From: a virus
Lineage: Duplodnaviria; Heunggongvirae; Uroviricota; Caudoviricetes
Length of the DNA stretch: 64,000 nt
IMG/VR virus record: IMGVR_UViG_3300042519_001716
Reading direction: 5' to 3' (one strand)
In this document: piece after piece, positions 63,525-64,000 of the stretch
How positions within the stretch are numbered: the stretch's first letter is position 1
Layout: each line of letters begins with the position of its first letter
Notes under the pieces: model-generated
What the model was told of the DNA's origin: nothing
The model's input: only the letters and a program-made list of their open reading frames with translations
Databases searched by the model: none
Position numbers and translations under genes: made by a program

Positions 63525-63953
63525 CTATCTTTCAATTAGAAATACTCCTAATCCATTCCAAAAATCTTTTGAGTCTTCACCAGATGTATATAACTCCTTA
63601 TGATGGGTTATCATTAAGTTGTTATCTTCAATAAATTTATCGAAGGCCCCACTGTTCCAATTCCAATCATCCATAATTACTATGGTTTCTTTGGAGAAAA
63701 TTGGTAGCATGTTTGTTAATGCAACATATTGATCATGATACTTTGTTTCACCATCATAAAAAATAATATCAACATATGGTAGCGTTTTAAAATCAAATGT
63801 TTGGTAATCAGTTTTGTATACCGATATGTTATTCACATTACCAAATCGTTTTACATTATGTAAAAATTCTTCTTGTGGTAAAATATCTATATTGTGTTTG
63901 TAGTAGTTACCTAACTTCTGACTAACACCCTTTGGTGTTAAATTAGGTGACAT
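63525..63953 (-). CDS. methyltransferase-like protein (Methyltransf_24-like fold suspected)
   Basis: IIFYDGETKYHDQ..ETIVIMDDW resembles the FIDxxHxY/DD blocks of the two MTases in the + strand cluster; in-frame stop two codons upstream of the ATG, so complete. Confidence 0.35.
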   Translation of the reverse strand: MSPNLTPKGVSQKLGNYYKHNIDILPQEEFLHNVKRFGNVNNISVYKTDYQTFDFKTLPYVDIIFYDGETKYHDQYVALTNMLPIFSKETIVIMDDWNWNSGAFDKFIEDNNLMITHHKELYTSGEDSKDFWNGLGVFLIER

Positions 63954-64000
63954 AAAATTATCAATTGCAATTGATTTAATATCATTACCATATATCGCAG

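Noticed and set aside
52249-63953. Interpreting 52-64 kb as host chromosome flanking a prophage
   Set aside because: This is not adopted as the primary reading. Base composition, gene packing and terminator style are continuous with the phage-like region, and no integrase, tRNA or att-like repeat is visible at the boundary. It remains a live alternative that needs flanking sequence to settle.

Overview
The window reads as AT-rich, gene-dense, prokaryote-style DNA, most consistent with a large dsDNA bacteriophage or a large prophage island. ATGA start/stop overlaps and Rho-independent terminators point to bacterial-type operons. Several lipoprotein-type and other signal peptides and an outer-membrane beta-barrel protein point to a Gram-negative host, possibly Bacteroidota-like. 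No rRNA, tRNA, CRISPR array, capsid, portal or terminase gene was recognised.

Layout:
- 0-11 kb, + strand: about 30 small early-type genes, many acidic. Most are preceded by a conserved TTTAAAATAAAACTATATG motif that contains the ATG. The 2.7-11.3 kb block is visibly GC-richer than the rest of the window.
- 10.86-11.68 kb: noncoding hub with GTATGAC iterons, CAGTA-N3-TACTG palindromes and TGTTCAC nested dyads. Candidate origin or operator region.
- 11.7-51.5 kb, - strand: accessory and auxiliary genes, including:
  - four HNH homing-type endonucleases;
  - three DEDDh (DnaQ-like) exonucleases;
  - a B12-binding radical SAM enzyme of 712 aa;
  - an LpxH-like pyrophosphatase next to a GT2 glycosyltransferase;
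  - ArdC-like and DnaA-domain-IV-like proteins;
  - a pyrimidine-dimer-glycosylase-like protein;
  - an SPFH/band-7 protein with a small membrane partner;
  - two metallophosphoesterases;
  - a 1036-aa lysin with PG-binding, M23 and GH73 domains;
  - an acyl-CoA thioesterase, a HAD hydrolase and an AdoMet decarboxylase (SpeD);
  - IscA and IscU Fe-S cluster assembly proteins;
  - two large tandem paralogs;
  - a holin-like gene overlapping a secreted NlpC/P60 lysis pair;
  - a thymidylate synthase with two internal insertions.
- 52.2-61 kb, + strand: tightly packed glycan-biosynthesis island. It holds two GT4 and two GT2 glycosyltransferases plus a GT-like gene, an SDR epimerase, UDP-galactopyranose mutase (glf) and two Methyltransf_24-like methyltransferases. 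It ends at a bidirectional terminator.
- 61-64 kb, - strand: convergent operon encoding an unknown protein, a polytopic membrane protein, an OM beta-barrel protein and a third Methyltransf_24-like gene. The OM beta-barrel gene is preceded by a 91-nt structured leader.

All calls come from reading the translated ORFs and the DNA by eye. No database search was run.
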